Shown one piece after another: positions 1-9,932 of a stretch of DNA of 64,000 bases. The stretch is from Escherichia phage chee24. How positions within the stretch are numbered: position 1 is the stretch's first letter; each line of letters starts with the position of its first letter. Under the pieces are notes generated by a model. The model had not been told where the DNA came from and searched no databases. It worked only from the letters and a program-made list of their open reading frames with translations. The translations under genes and the position numbers were made by a program. The stretch lies in sequence record NC_047885.1; one strand, written 5' to 3'.

Positions 1-16
1 ATTTCAACTTTAATTA

Positions 17-751
17 TTACGCAACTTTTAATTTCTCAATATATTGTTGCGGGCTGCAACTATATTCTGCGCGTTCTTCTTCGGTCATACCTTCCCAACA
101 TAATTGCAGGCGGTCGGCTAGGAACTGATAATCATTATCATCCTCAAGAGATTCATCAATAAAGGTTTCACCTATCAATGTCACGCCGATTGATAGAATA
201 TCGTTAACGGCTTGTGCGTCCAGCGTTTTAAATCCGTATGACGCTGCCGCTGATAGCACGCCTTTATGATCATCAATCATTGTAAAATCAGCGTTCGGAT
301 ATAATTGTTTGAATAGCCCAAAATAGTAACTTTTATAAACTGCGTCTTTGCTGTGGTATATCTCGCTAACTTTATCAGCCTCAAAATATTTGTGTAGTGT
401 ATCGCGGGAAAATACACGGATATTACTATCACCACGACCGCGCAAGCCTTGTTTGCGCAAATAATAATAGTCCGACTTGCTCATCAGTCGAGCGGTGCAA
501 ATAATGTTTAATGTATTTGCGTCATTCATGCACTGGCGCATATATGTAACAAGGGGCAATAAAGTATCTTGCATTATTAAATCATGTTTGCAGGCTTCAT
601 TTTTATACTTATTTAAATCTAAATTGCCCTCGCTATCAAAGCAAGGCGCTACACGATGGAAAGAATTAATGATAGTGCCGTCCAGATCCCAAATCATGAC
701 GCGGGAAATATGCGGGAAATTACGGGTAATATTCATTTTAACTTGATTCAT
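17..751 (-). CDS. dmp: 5'-deoxyribonucleotidase (Dmp-like HAD-family phosphatase)
   Basis: 244 aa ORF; N-terminal HAD motif IWDLDGTI; first gene of a T5-type pre-early block; RBS-like GGAGAA upstream. Confidence 0.7.
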   Translation of the reverse strand: MNQVKMNITRNFPHISRVMIWDLDGTIINSFHRVAPCFDSEGNLDLNKYKNEACKHDLIMQDTLLPLVTYMRQCMNDANTLNIICTARLMSKSDYYYLRKQGLRGRGDSNIRVFSRDTLHKYFEADKVSEIYHSKDAVYKSYYFGLFKQLYPNADFTMIDDHKGVLSAAASYGFKTLDAQAVNDILSIGVTLIGETFIDESLEDDNDYQFLADRLQLCWEGMTEEERAEYSCSPQQYIEKLKVA

Positions 752-831
752 TTTGTTACGTTCTCCATTAAAGGGATTAGATTAATTCAGCATTACCCGC
801 TATTTATAAGCGGGTAATAATAAATTAACTA

Positions 832-1224
832 TTAAAGACCATACGCCAACGCATCAGCAATAAAACTAATATCTTCACCAGATACACCGGAACGAATCCC
901 CGCACAAGTATATACCTTTGCGCTGGTCAATTGATCATCGAGGCAAGCGGGGCAAGGTGCGACTACTGCGAAAGCTAAACCAGATTTTACCGCGTCAATA
1001 ATGATGGTTTCTTGTTTCACCGTATCAACATAAACGCCTGCGGCCTTAATGTAACTACTTGCGCGGCCTTGCGTATAGGCAAAGGTAGTAACCTGCAAAG
1101 CGTCATTGAAATCTAATAGGTCATCAATAACGTGCCCCGCCTCGACGTGGTAACGTTCGCCATTAGAATAAACCAGAACAATTGAGGATTGAGCGCGATC
1201 GAATGGAATATTTTGCTTTTTCAT
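832..1224 (-). CDS. hypothetical protein (130 aa; HxE and PCxxC motifs)
   Basis: ORF co-directional with pre-early block; HVEAGH and PCPAC motifs, spacing atypical for a deaminase. Confidence 0.5.
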   Translation of the reverse strand: MKKQNIPFDRAQSSIVLVYSNGERYHVEAGHVIDDLLDFNDALQVTTFAYTQGRASSYIKAAGVYVDTVKQETIIIDAVKSGLAFAVVAPCPACLDDQLTSAKVYTCAGIRSGVSGEDISFIADALAYGL

Positions 1225-1262
1225 ATTTATAAAACTCCAATTAGTTTAATAAGGGGTTTAAT

Positions 1263-1553
1263 TTACTTGATAATAATTTGCATTTGATACGGCGTTAATT
1301 CACCGTTTACGGGTAAATTATTATCGCTTAGCCACTCATAAAAAGCACCATCATCATCAAAAGGGACAATATCGTTATCACGGGAATCGACGGAAATAAT
1401 ACCATCCGTATTAGTTTTGGCGGCTAGGATAGGCCCGAAGCTGTAAACTTTATCAGATTCCATTTCATCCGGTGAAATGAATACTTTTTCGTCCAATGTT
1501 TTGGGTAATGTAACTTTCATTTTTTGACTCCTATAATAGCGGCTATATTTCAA
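1263..1553 (-). CDS. hypothetical protein (96 aa)
   Basis: ORF in pre-early block, tight spacing with neighbours. Confidence 0.45.
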   Translation of the reverse strand: MKYSRYYRSQKMKVTLPKTLDEKVFISPDEMESDKVYSFGPILAAKTNTDGIISVDSRDNDIVPFDDDGAFYEWLSDNNLPVNGELTPYQMQIIIK

Positions 1554-1573
1554 GCCGCTAGGGTATTAATTAT

Positions 1574-3238
1574 TTACGCGAAAAATTTACCGTTTTTAAA
1601 GTCGATCAAAGTGCGCTGACCGTTTGCATAGGTAATAACATGCGTTTGCGTCCAGCTTGACGCGCCAACGTTGTAACCCATGTCCAGACTACCAGACACG
1701 CCAGCGGTGTATACGCCGCCGTAAATGCTGGCGGTATGAGTGTGCCCCGTGTTTAATTTGCCCAATTTCTTAAACTGTTTCGGATTGCCACGGCTCCCGT
1801 TTATGCCATTGTGACCGTGTACGCCGCATTCAATACCTGCAATCTTGAAAGATTGATCAGTGGTCAGAAAAATGGCGTTAAATTCACAACCTGCAACCTT
1901 GCGCAGCGCATAATCTAGCACGTTGAAAGTATCGTCATGATCACCGATTGCCGCGTAAATTGCAGCATTTAGGCGGTGATATAGTTCCGCGTTTGCTGGA
2001 TCGTCTTTAATGTTAGCATTACGATCATCTAACCAGCGGGATAGCGCCAGATCATGATTAGACTCAACAATGATTGTTTGCGAAAAATCGCGCTCCATTG
2101 ACTCCAGCACGCGACCGGTATCGATAAGATCATCCAGAACTTTATCACGTCCGGCGGCATACTGTTTTGCTAGGAATACACCCGAAGCGCGGTTGTGATG
2201 GTTGCGTGATGTAAAGTCGTGAACGTCATGGATAAACTGATATTTTGGTTTAAGAATATCAAGCAAGCTATTTTCGCCAGCCCATGACGCAACGGCGCAA
2301 GCGTCATCCAATTTTTCGGCGTGTACGTCGCCATATTGTAAACCTAAAACGTGCCCCGTTGTTTCATAACATCCGGCGGGAGTGGCGCAAACATTCAGAT
2401 CATAAAACACCCCGCTTTCGTCCATTGTTTCAAGCTGGCGCACAAAAAACTCACCGTCTTCGTCGAACTCAACAATCAGCGCCCCGAAATTATGCAGTGC
2501 TTCCGCTTTCTGTCCTGCTTTCTGCTGAATGTAGTTTTTAAGCGTTGCCGTTCCGGTTGAATACATACGGCGCACAATTTCACCTTTTAAAGCTGGAACG
2601 CTTTCGGCGGTAATTTTTGCCGCTCCAATTGCCAGACCTTCGATATTTAAAGCCGTTGCAGTTTCTGCAAATCCAGAAAGCGGATAATCTGCGGTTGGCA
2701 AAACATTAATTTCAGCCATGAAAGCAAAGCGGCGGTTATTTAAAAACACGTTTTTGCTGCAAATATATTTATCGAACGCGGAATCATATTTGATTCCGTC
2801 GGCGCCCTCGCCATTTTGAAAACCGTTTTTATTATAAATATACTTGCTAACTAGCAAATCAGCACCAATAAATTGGGCGTATTGTTCAAGCGAGGCTAAA
2901 AAGTTTTTATGAGGGAACGTATTATTCTGAATCGATGTAATAATAAAGCGTTTACCCTGCTTTACTTCCCATTGTTCAACCGTGCTAGAAACAATCCCCG
3001 CCGCTTCTGGGCGCTCATCGTTTTTAATGGCTTTTGCTACTTTCGCCGCTTTCGGTTTCGCTGGTTTATTTGCTTCCAGCCAATCGCAAATTGCGGTGGA
3101 GTGTTTTGTTGTATCATAAACCGCTTTAGAAATATCGTCGCACACTTCCAGCTTAGTAGCGCGCAGGCGTTTACCGTAGAAATTGAAATCAGCGGCCATT
3201 TTCAGGATAACGGTTTGTTTTTCTGCGGAAATAACCAT
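1574..3238 (-). CDS. A1: A1-like pre-early protein with calcineurin-like metallophosphoesterase domain
   Basis: 554 aa; phosphoesterase motifs GDVHAE and GHTHT; size and position match T5 A1. Confidence 0.75.
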   Translation of the reverse strand: MVISAEKQTVILKMAADFNFYGKRLRATKLEVCDDISKAVYDTTKHSTAICDWLEANKPAKPKAAKVAKAIKNDERPEAAGIVSSTVEQWEVKQGKRFIITSIQNNTFPHKNFLASLEQYAQFIGADLLVSKYIYNKNGFQNGEGADGIKYDSAFDKYICSKNVFLNNRRFAFMAEINVLPTADYPLSGFAETATALNIEGLAIGAAKITAESVPALKGEIVRRMYSTGTATLKNYIQQKAGQKAEALHNFGALIVEFDEDGEFFVRQLETMDESGVFYDLNVCATPAGCYETTGHVLGLQYGDVHAEKLDDACAVASWAGENSLLDILKPKYQFIHDVHDFTSRNHHNRASGVFLAKQYAAGRDKVLDDLIDTGRVLESMERDFSQTIIVESNHDLALSRWLDDRNANIKDDPANAELYHRLNAAIYAAIGDHDDTFNVLDYALRKVAGCEFNAIFLTTDQSFKIAGIECGVHGHNGINGSRGNPKQFKKLGKLNTGHTHTASIYGGVYTAGVSGSLDMGYNVGASSWTQTHVITYANGQRTLIDFKNGKFFA

Positions 3239-3336
3239 AATAATAAAACTCCATTAAAGGGATTAAAAAACGTTTGTTATTGGCAAATATTGCCAAATAT
3301 AACGCCGCTCATTTACAGCGTTATAATTTGCAACAT

Positions 3337-3582
3337 TTAACTAATTGGCACTAGGCTAGAACTAACACCACAAACAACGGCAGCAATAAAACAAAGTAAG
3401 CCCAAACGCTTTGCTAATTTAGATTTACGTTTAAAATAATACGAATCTAAATCATTTTGAAAATAAGCGAACAATAGGGAGGCCGCTACAATAAATAAGC
3501 CTAAAATTAGCGATTCAGTGGGAAAGAAAACCATTTTAATAACTCCAGTCAAAGGGAAATTATAGTGGGGAATATTCCCCAC
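3337..3582 (-). CDS. small hydrophobic membrane protein (81 aa)
   Basis: ORF with two hydrophobic segments; in pre-early operon. Confidence 0.45.
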   Translation of the reverse strand: MGNIPHYNFPLTGVIKMVFFPTESLILGLFIVAASLLFAYFQNDLDSYYFKRKSKLAKRLGLLCFIAAVVCGVSSSLVPIS

Positions 3583-3591
3583 TAATTAAAT

Positions 3592-3999
3592 TTATTCGCC
3601 TGCGGCTTGTTTTACTTCATCGGCAACGCCTAACAGTTGCGCCACGGCGTCCAGCGTTTCTAATTTTGCGCTTTCCAGCGATGCCAGATCGTCGGCGTCT
3701 TTGATAATGCCGGAATCAATAGCATGTTTAGCGATAACGCGCACATAGTGAGCCTTACGAATTGAACTGCCGCCGCCAACTTTGCGCGGCTTATCGCTTT
3801 TCTGGTACGCTTTTGCGCTGGTCAATTTTGAGCGAACAGACACGGGAGAAGCCGCACCAACTGTTTTTGCGATCTCTTTCAGGCCGTCGCTGTTGGCGAA
3901 CTCCAAGCCGTTTTCATTGATCAACTGTTGATACATGGTAACAGCCTGCTGGGTGTTTTCTTCATTCCAAGAGAATTTTGCGGTTTTAGCGTTAGTCAT
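3592..3999 (-). CDS. A2: A2-like pre-early protein (135 aa)
   Basis: 135 aa ORF immediately downstream of A1 on same strand; size and position match T5 A2; no catalytic motif seen. Confidence 0.55.
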   Translation of the reverse strand: MTNAKTAKFSWNEENTQQAVTMYQQLINENGLEFANSDGLKEIAKTVGAASPVSVRSKLTSAKAYQKSDKPRKVGGGSSIRKAHYVRVIAKHAIDSGIIKDADDLASLESAKLETLDAVAQLLGVADEVKQAAGE

Positions 4000-4097
4000 G
4001 ATTATAACTCCTATTGATTTAATTTAAGGGATAAGATTAACATAATGTTAATCGTTATATACCCCGAACTACTGGGGTATATAAAGTTAACACTAAA

Positions 4098-4349
4098 TTA
4101 TAAAACAGCTTCCCATTTTTCGTTGCGCTGGGCAACCTTTACAACGTCGCCGGATTTAACCCGAACGCTATAAATAGTTTTCCCGTTGTTACTCCGTTCC
4201 GTTTCAGCGTATACCGCATCAATTACATCAAACGGCATAAGCGCCGCGCCTTTAATGCGTTCGGCCTTTCCGGTTAATTCGTCCGTTTTAGTAACGAAAG
4301 GAATAAAAACGGATTGACCAATTTTTGGCGCATTAGTAACGTTTTTCAT
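4098..4349 (-). CDS. hypothetical protein (83 aa)
   Basis: ORF in pre-early block. Confidence 0.45.
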   Translation of the reverse strand: MKNVTNAPKIGQSVFIPFVTKTDELTGKAERIKGAALMPFDVIDAVYAETERSNNGKTIYSVRVKSGDVVKVAQRNEKWEAVL

Positions 4350-4577
4350 GGTATAAACTCCAGTTTATTCAGTGGATTGTTCCGCATTACCTGCTAGAAA
4401 GTAGCAGGTAATAAGCAACAATCCGCTCGCCATTATAATCAATTTAAAGAACTCCACTCAGGCCGCTATATCCCAGTTAGGGGGCGGGACACATTATGGT
4501 AAGTGCCGACCGTCAAATTTTATCAAGTTATCGCTCTCATCGAACTGGGTACATCTTAAAGCCTATCGGCTAGGGTG

Positions 4578-4781
4578 TCAAACAGTTTTTTGCAGTTTTT
4601 TATGATTTTCTTTCAGGTCAATCATAATATTGCGCCAGATCATTTCCAAACCTTGCTGGCGGCCTTTCTTGTACTGCATGAATCTGAATTTTACGGATTG
4701 TTGAGCTATTGTCAACAGCTTTCTAGTATTGCCATCCAATTTTTTGGCGGGTTTACCAGTGATTAATAAAGTTTGTTTCAT
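4578..4781 (-). CDS. hypothetical basic protein (67 aa)
   Basis: ORF with GGAGGG RBS; start ATG overlaps stop of upstream small ORF (ATGA). Confidence 0.45.
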   Translation of the reverse strand: MKQTLLITGKPAKKLDGNTRKLLTIAQQSVKFRFMQYKKGRQQGLEMIWRNIMIDLKENHKKLQKTV

Positions 4782-4936
4782 TCCACGCCCTCCAGTGCAT
4801 ACAGACCTTTACCATCATTACAGAATACAACCGCTTCTGAATGGTTGGCGTGATATTCGTTTGCCGCTTTTACCCATTGCTCGATCTTTTCGATCGTGTC
4901 ATGGGTTGCTGGATGATCGTTATATATTGTTTGCAT
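4778..4936 (-). CDS. hypothetical small protein (52 aa)
   Basis: Hand-translated ORF (below track cutoff) with AAGGAA RBS; translationally coupled to 4578-4781. Confidence 0.35.
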   Translation of the reverse strand: MQTIYNDHPATHDTIEKIEQWVKAANEYHANHSEAVVFCNDGKGLYALEGVE

Positions 4937-5372
4937 ATCTGCGATTCCTTATAATGAATAAGTTTACCGCCGATAGACTTTAAGATATACCCAATTTTTA
5001 AAGAGCGCGGCGGTAAACTTCCCGCCGTGTAGTTCGTCATTGCCGCCCTACGTGATAAATAATAGGGTATTCCCGAAAATGGCGCAACCTTATTTTTGTA
5101 AAGAAACGTAAAGAAAGCAACACGTTCGGCGCTCACCTAAGTTTAAAGGAAACGGGCGCGCGAATACCATAAAACCAAGCAGATAGGCAAGTAATTTTTT
5201 CATTTATATTTGCCTTGCCCTACTTGACAAAATCTAAAAAGCTCGTGGTAGCGATAAACGGCTTATCCCCTTATGATGGGATGGCTAAAAACTTCATCGC
5301 GTTCTAGGACGTTTTAGGCGCATTCTAGCCTTGTTGATAACTTATCCCCAAAAGCAAAAATGAAATTTTCCT

Positions 5373-5410
5373 AGTTATCCACTTGACTTTTATTTTCCAG
5401 TGGATAACTA
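5373..5410. repeat. inverted repeat containing two facing DnaA-box-like sequences
   Basis: AGTTATCCAC ... GTGGATAACT, perfect 10-bp arms. Confidence 0.6.
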
Positions 5411-5720
5411 CTTATTTTATAAAATTAATTAATTGACTTTTATTTGTTAGTGTGTATCGGAAAGATAGCAGACTAATAATTGTTAGGATTATAATCATGC
5501 TGGTGGATTGTAACAGCCTGAACTATTAGCAGACTATTAATCTCGGAAAATCTCATTAGCCAACTAACTATTTCATATTATATAATATACATATAAATTA
5601 ATGAGAAATAATAATTATAAGAAATCGTAACCGATAGAAATAATAACTACAAAAATAATCACCGTTATAATAATAACGATAAGAAACTATCGGCCTAAGT
5701 GAGAACCACTATCATTTAAG

Positions 5721-5813
5721 TTATTCACAAAGTTATCCACAGCACAAAATGATTTGACACGATAGGCGGCGATATAAGGACTTATCCACAGACTTATCCA
5801 CATGTTATCCTAC
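5721..5813. promoter_or_regulatory. cluster of five DnaA-box-like 9-mers
   Basis: TTATTCACA, TTATCCACA (x3), TTATCCTAC within about 90 bp. Confidence 0.6.
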
Positions 5814-5828
5814 TGTATATTTATACAG
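5813..5828. repeat. 16-bp perfect palindrome CTGTATATTTATACAG (copy 1)
   Basis: Exact palindrome adjacent to DnaA-box cluster; identical copy at 9368-9383. Confidence 0.7.
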
Positions 5829-6094
5829 GGTAAAAAGGTAGTGTTAACAACTGCAATCAATTTTAAGCGGCCTAAAACGCTTTCTAACGAGCAAAACGCT
5901 ATAGGGTAATATTAAAGTAAAGCCTCAACGCGTCGCCCTGGTGACTTCGCCGTGTTTTGCTCTTTACTATACCGCTGCGCGTTTAACATAAAAATAAGCG
6001 TTAGGCAAGGAAAATAAAAAGGTAAAATAATATTTGCCCCTAGAAAGAAAATACCTTTATCATTCACTCACCGATTAACGAGGGAGGCCAACAA

Positions 6095-7087
6095 ATGCGG
6101 CTATATAAACCAGATAACGCAACCGTCTTAAAAGGTGCGTTGCGTAACCTGCTGGATGGTAGCAGAACAACCAGCATTAAACATTTTGTTTTCAATATTG
6201 AAACACTTCATCGTAATTTTCTTGATGATTACGATGCTTATAATATGAATAGTTTTCTACCGTTATATAATCAAGGGGCAACGCTTGTTTTATATAATCA
6301 GGAATCTCACTTGCTTACTAGTCGAGGGCCAGATACTGATTTTATTATAGTGAAAGGCAGTACAGTAAAAGCCTATGATGCGGGGGCGGGCTTAGAAGTT
6401 TTCACGATAGAAAATTATGAGCCTTATGATAAGGATCTTTATGACGTAGAAAATTTTCTCGATTCATTTTGGCGTTATTTATCAATTGGGTGGAATCGAT
6501 CAGATTATCACGGGTATCGTTTTGCGGCTATAATGGCTTTTGATGATAACGGTAATTTTTTGCTACCGTCGGAATTATACCCGTATGTATATAATGATTT
6601 AATAGAGGAGGCTGGTTTTACTTTCTGGAAAGATGAAGATCAGCCTATTGACAACACGGAAAAACATGCTGTAAATTCTAACACTCAAAGCGTTAACACT
6701 CAAATTACTGAAAACAAAGGAAAAAATACCATGACCAAGATCGCTAATATCGTTGCCGCCAATAAGTCTGCTGTTGTAAATGCTGCAAAACTGGAAGCGG
6801 GTAAAATTGCATTAACTCAAATCACGAAAGTAGCGGCTAAAAAAGCGCCGTTTATGATTAAAGGTTATATTGATACGCCGATTGGTCGGGTAGTTATTGC
6901 CAACCTGCTGAGCGTAGCGGTTGACCAGTACGCCCCAGCTAACCAGAAAGCGAAAGCGGTAGCAGGTGCAGCTATGGAAGCGGCTATGTTAGAAATGGTG
7001 CAAAGTTTTAACATCGCTGAAATGATCGATGAAATGGTGAAAGGTATTGATATTTCTACTTTTACCACTAGCACCGAAAGCGAGTAA
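6095..7087 (+). CDS. hypothetical protein (330 aa, Ala/Lys-rich C-terminal region)
   Basis: ORF with GAGGGAGG RBS; first gene of rightward cassette bounded by inverted DnaA-box/palindrome repeats. Confidence 0.6.
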   Translation: MRLYKPDNATVLKGALRNLLDGSRTTSIKHFVFNIETLHRNFLDDYDAYNMNSFLPLYNQGATLVLYNQESHLLTSRGPDTDFIIVKGSTVKAYDAGAGLEVFTIENYEPYDKDLYDVENFLDSFWRYLSIGWNRSDYHGYRFAAIMAFDDNGNFLLPSELYPYVYNDLIEEAGFTFWKDEDQPIDNTEKHAVNSNTQSVNTQITENKGKNTMTKIANIVAANKSAVVNAAKLEAGKIALTQITKVAAKKAPFMIKGYIDTPIGRVVIANLLSVAVDQYAPANQKAKAVAGAAMEAAMLEMVQSFNIAEMIDEMVKGIDISTFTTSTESE

Positions 7088-7151
7088 TAATATTAAGCGG
7101 GGATTGTTACCCCGCTTTACTATTCCCTTGTTAATTAATAGGAGGCTAATT

Positions 7152-7646
7152 ATGCCAGAAGAAAAATATGGCTTCTCACTGGGAGAAGTGAGTACGGCTA
7201 AACATGATATGATTGTTTTAGTCGATTGCCATACCGGTTATTGCGGGGAAGGGAATACTGAGGAATATTTTGTTCCTGCTGGTACGGATCTCGACGCTTT
7301 CGCCCATGAAATGGCTGTTGATAATGCTTCTCGTTTTGGTAGCGATGGTTACGAAGACGAAGAAACGGGCGATTGGTATGAGAATGATAATGTATATGCA
7401 AGCCTTTATCATTATCAATTAAGTAAATCCGGCACATATGTAAACGGCGGTGATCCTATTAATTCCGTCATGAAATTAATTATTAAATATGGCGGCGTCG
7501 AGATAGTCGATAACAAAGCGGTAATATATGCAAACCGATTAAAACAGCTTGTTTATATCCCTGATAGTACCCGATGGGAGGAATATGCTGTTTTGCATGA
7601 TGAATTAAAACGATGTTTCAATATTGAAACCTTACAAGTAGTTTAA
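7152..7646 (+). CDS. hypothetical protein (164 aa)
   Basis: In-frame ATG with GGAGG RBS inside track ORF 7047-7646; followed by hairpin plus T-run terminator. Confidence 0.6.
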   Translation: MPEEKYGFSLGEVSTAKHDMIVLVDCHTGYCGEGNTEEYFVPAGTDLDAFAHEMAVDNASRFGSDGYEDEETGDWYENDNVYASLYHYQLSKSGTYVNGGDPINSVMKLIIKYGGVEIVDNKAVIYANRLKQLVYIPDSTRWEEYAVLHDELKRCFNIETLQVV

Positions 7647-7661
7647 TGTAAAGTTTTGTAA

Positions 7662-7690
7662 AGGCCGCCTCTTATGGTGGCCTTTTTTGT
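7662..7690 (+). terminator. rho-independent terminator
   Basis: Hairpin AGGCCGCC..GGTGGCCT followed by TTTTTT. Confidence 0.65.
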
Positions 7691-7754
7691 TATAATGCCT
7701 TTACACCGTTTAAGGACGGTTGAAAATTTTCCCAAAAAATTTTGGAGGCTTATA

Positions 7755-7985
7755 ATGGTTGCTTATTCTTCTTCTGACGCTCTTTTCACTGGAAAAGGCT
7801 GGGTATCAAATCGCTGGATCATTCAAGAAATGGTGCAAGAATATGGCATTGCTAAAACTTACACTACCATTCAGGCGCTTTATGATAATGATCAAATTGA
7901 TCAGCAAACGGCGGGCTTTTTGCTGGATACCCTAAAAGCGGAACACTGCACCAAAAAACAAGCTGCAAAAATTGTTTTAATGTAA
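7755..7985 (+). CDS. hypothetical protein (76 aa)
   Basis: In-frame ATG with GGAGG RBS inside track ORF 7674-7985. Confidence 0.5.
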   Translation: MVAYSSSDALFTGKGWVSNRWIIQEMVQEYGIAKTYTTIQALYDNDQIDQQTAGFLLDTLKAEHCTKKQAAKIVLM

Positions 7986-8181
7986 TTAATAAAGGGGGAT
8001 ACTATATCCCCCACTAACTAGAGAGAATAAAAATGGTTATTTTTCGAGCTATTCTAGCAGGTATCTTGGGCGCTATTTTATCACTTTTTGCAATAGCTTT
8101 CGGCGTTCACGCGGTTATTATTGGCGCGGGGATTGCCGTTTTTTCTTATCTGCTGGGCTGCATGAATAAAGGAGAATAAAA

Positions 8182-8394
8182 ATGATCCGCAACGTTTCCC
8201 TTGCCCGCTCCAAAGGCTTTAAGCTGGTGGACGTTAACACGTTTGAGCGGGAGGATTGTAAAATCGAATATGTAGCACGCAACAAAAATGCCTTTCGTGT
8301 TACAGAAAAGAAATTTGACAAGCGCGGCAACGTGATCGCTGAAACGGTTAAACACTTTGCCACCTTTTACGCTGCGTTTCGTGGGGTGTTATAA
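8182..8394 (+). CDS. hypothetical protein (70 aa)
   Basis: ORF with AAGGAG RBS. Confidence 0.5.
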   Translation: MIRNVSLARSKGFKLVDVNTFEREDCKIEYVARNKNAFRVTEKKFDKRGNVIAETVKHFATFYAAFRGVL

Positions 8395-8395
8395 A

Positions 8396-8740
8396 ATGGT
8401 TATTTATGAGGGCAATCGTTTTGTTGCTAATTGCCGTCCGGCATTACTAGCAAACTATTTAAATCAGGTTTCACCTGAATATAAAGGCGTCATTAATATT
8501 TACGAGGGTAAGGCGCACTATAAAATTAATGCGGTCGTTGCCCGTGAATTAGCATTTCAATTTTTGACCTTTGCATCTTGTGACGTTCAGGTTATGGGTG
8601 AAGCATTAATTGCAGAAAATGAAGATGATTTTATTAATATTTTCCGCAAGATATGCACCGAGCGCCTGATCATGAAAGGCGCATATATTCAATCCACTGC
8701 GGATAGCATTGAAACAGCGTTTCGAAAGGTGGCGCAATGA
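8396..8740 (+). CDS. hypothetical protein (114 aa)
   Basis: In-frame ATG overlapping upstream stop (coupled); inside track ORF 8357-8740. Confidence 0.5.
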   Translation: MVIYEGNRFVANCRPALLANYLNQVSPEYKGVINIYEGKAHYKINAVVARELAFQFLTFASCDVQVMGEALIAENEDDFINIFRKICTERLIMKGAYIQSTADSIETAFRKVAQ

Positions 8741-8913
8741 AAAAGTTTTTAATAGCTGGTATGTTTCCTTTGTTGCCTTATGTAATTTGCTGGGCTTTAT
8801 ACGCTCATGGTGCTAGTGTTCCCGGTGTGGCCTCGTTTGGTGTATCGGCTGGTTTTCTAACCGGACTATTGGCAAGCGTATATCTGCGCAAATAATTAAT
8901 AACGGGAGTTATT

Positions 8914-9108
8914 ATGAGCAATAAAATTGTTGTAACCAAAATCAGTACAATGGTTGACGTTTTTTATGTGCCCGATACGCCGGAAAACCGGCAAGCGGTC
9001 GAGCGTGGCGAGTATGATAAAGTGATTTATGATCACGATGGTTACTATCAACATTTGGTGGATTCCTACGGGGAGGGGGAAAAAATCACGCATCGACTAC
9101 CAGACTAG
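8914..9108 (+). CDS. hypothetical protein (64 aa)
   Basis: ORF with GGGAG RBS; last gene of rightward cassette. Confidence 0.45.
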   Translation: MSNKIVVTKISTMVDVFYVPDTPENRQAVERGEYDKVIYDHDGYYQHLVDSYGEGEKITHRLPD

Positions 9109-9367
9109 TAATCACGGGGGCGCAACTACCAGGGAGTGCCCCCAATTCTCAAATGAGAATGATTCTCATTTGACCGCGCCCGCGATGGTTAGCCTGCTAA
9201 TGATTAGGGTGTTACGTGTCGCCTTGTGTGATCGTTAGCAGGCTAACTAATTTTTAAGCCTCCTCCAATTTTGCCCTTGTTTTAGTATCCCCATCAAAAT
9301 TAAACGCGTTAGAATGCGATTCAGGACGTTTTAGGCCTATATTAGAATTATTCACTACATAGGAGTA

Positions 9368-9383
9368 CTGTATATTTATACAG
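9368..9383. repeat. 16-bp perfect palindrome CTGTATATTTATACAG (copy 2)
   Basis: Identical to 5813-5828; followed by reverse-orientation DnaA boxes. Confidence 0.7.
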
Positions 9384-9405
9384 TAGAATAACCTGGGGAT
9401 AAGTC

Positions 9406-9475
9406 TGTGGATAACGCCTCAAAATGGCTAGGATTCTGTCAAGTCAAATCGTGCTGTTGATAAGTCTGTGGATAA
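9406..9475. promoter_or_regulatory. two DnaA-box-like sequences in reverse orientation (TGTGGATAA)
   Basis: Each within the motif GATAAGTCTGTGGATAAC, mirroring 5781-5803. Confidence 0.6.
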
Positions 9476-9500
9476 CTTAAATAACAGTGTTTCTCACTTC

Positions 9501-9680
9501 CATTTTTAAATGCGAATCATTATCATTTGCATTTCACTGTCTAACTGATAATCATTTCACTTTTTAAATGAGAATCATTTCACTTTTTGAATAGTTCTCA
9601 TTCCGCTTTTTAAATGAGAATAATTATCATTCGCATTTCACTTTTTAAATGAGATTGATTCTCATTATCATTCGCATTTA
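9501..9680. repeat. AT-rich repeat array (five copies of CACTTTTTAAATGAGAAT-like unit with palindromic AATGAGAATCATT cores)
   Basis: Visible repeated units at roughly 20-40 bp intervals. Confidence 0.6.
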
Positions 9681-9709
9681 GGCGAGCAGGGCAATTGCCC
9701 TGCGCTTTT

Positions 9710-9932
9710 GTGCAAATCCGACATTGCTCCACGGGTGTTACGTGCGGGCGTGTATGTGCGAATCCGACAATTTTTGGTAGTGTGCGAATCCGACCCGAAA
9801 AATTTTTATAGTGTGCAAATCCGACAATGAATTTTCCCAAAAACTCCAGCAATCTCGAACTGCGTTCGAATCCTGTGGAATTAGCTAGAATATGTGCAAA
9901 TCCGACATGTGTTGAGATGTGCGAATCCGACA
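9710..9932. repeat. iteron array: six direct copies of GTGC(A/G)AATCCGAC(A/C)
   Basis: Copies at 9710, 9756, 9782, 9813, 9894, 9919; irregular spacing. Confidence 0.75.

Noticed and set aside
2284-3340. Plus-strand ORFs (2284-2541, 2351-2560, 2909-3340) inside the A1 gene
   Set aside because: Antisense to a long motif-bearing CDS; Arg/Phe-rich junk-like composition; no RBS.
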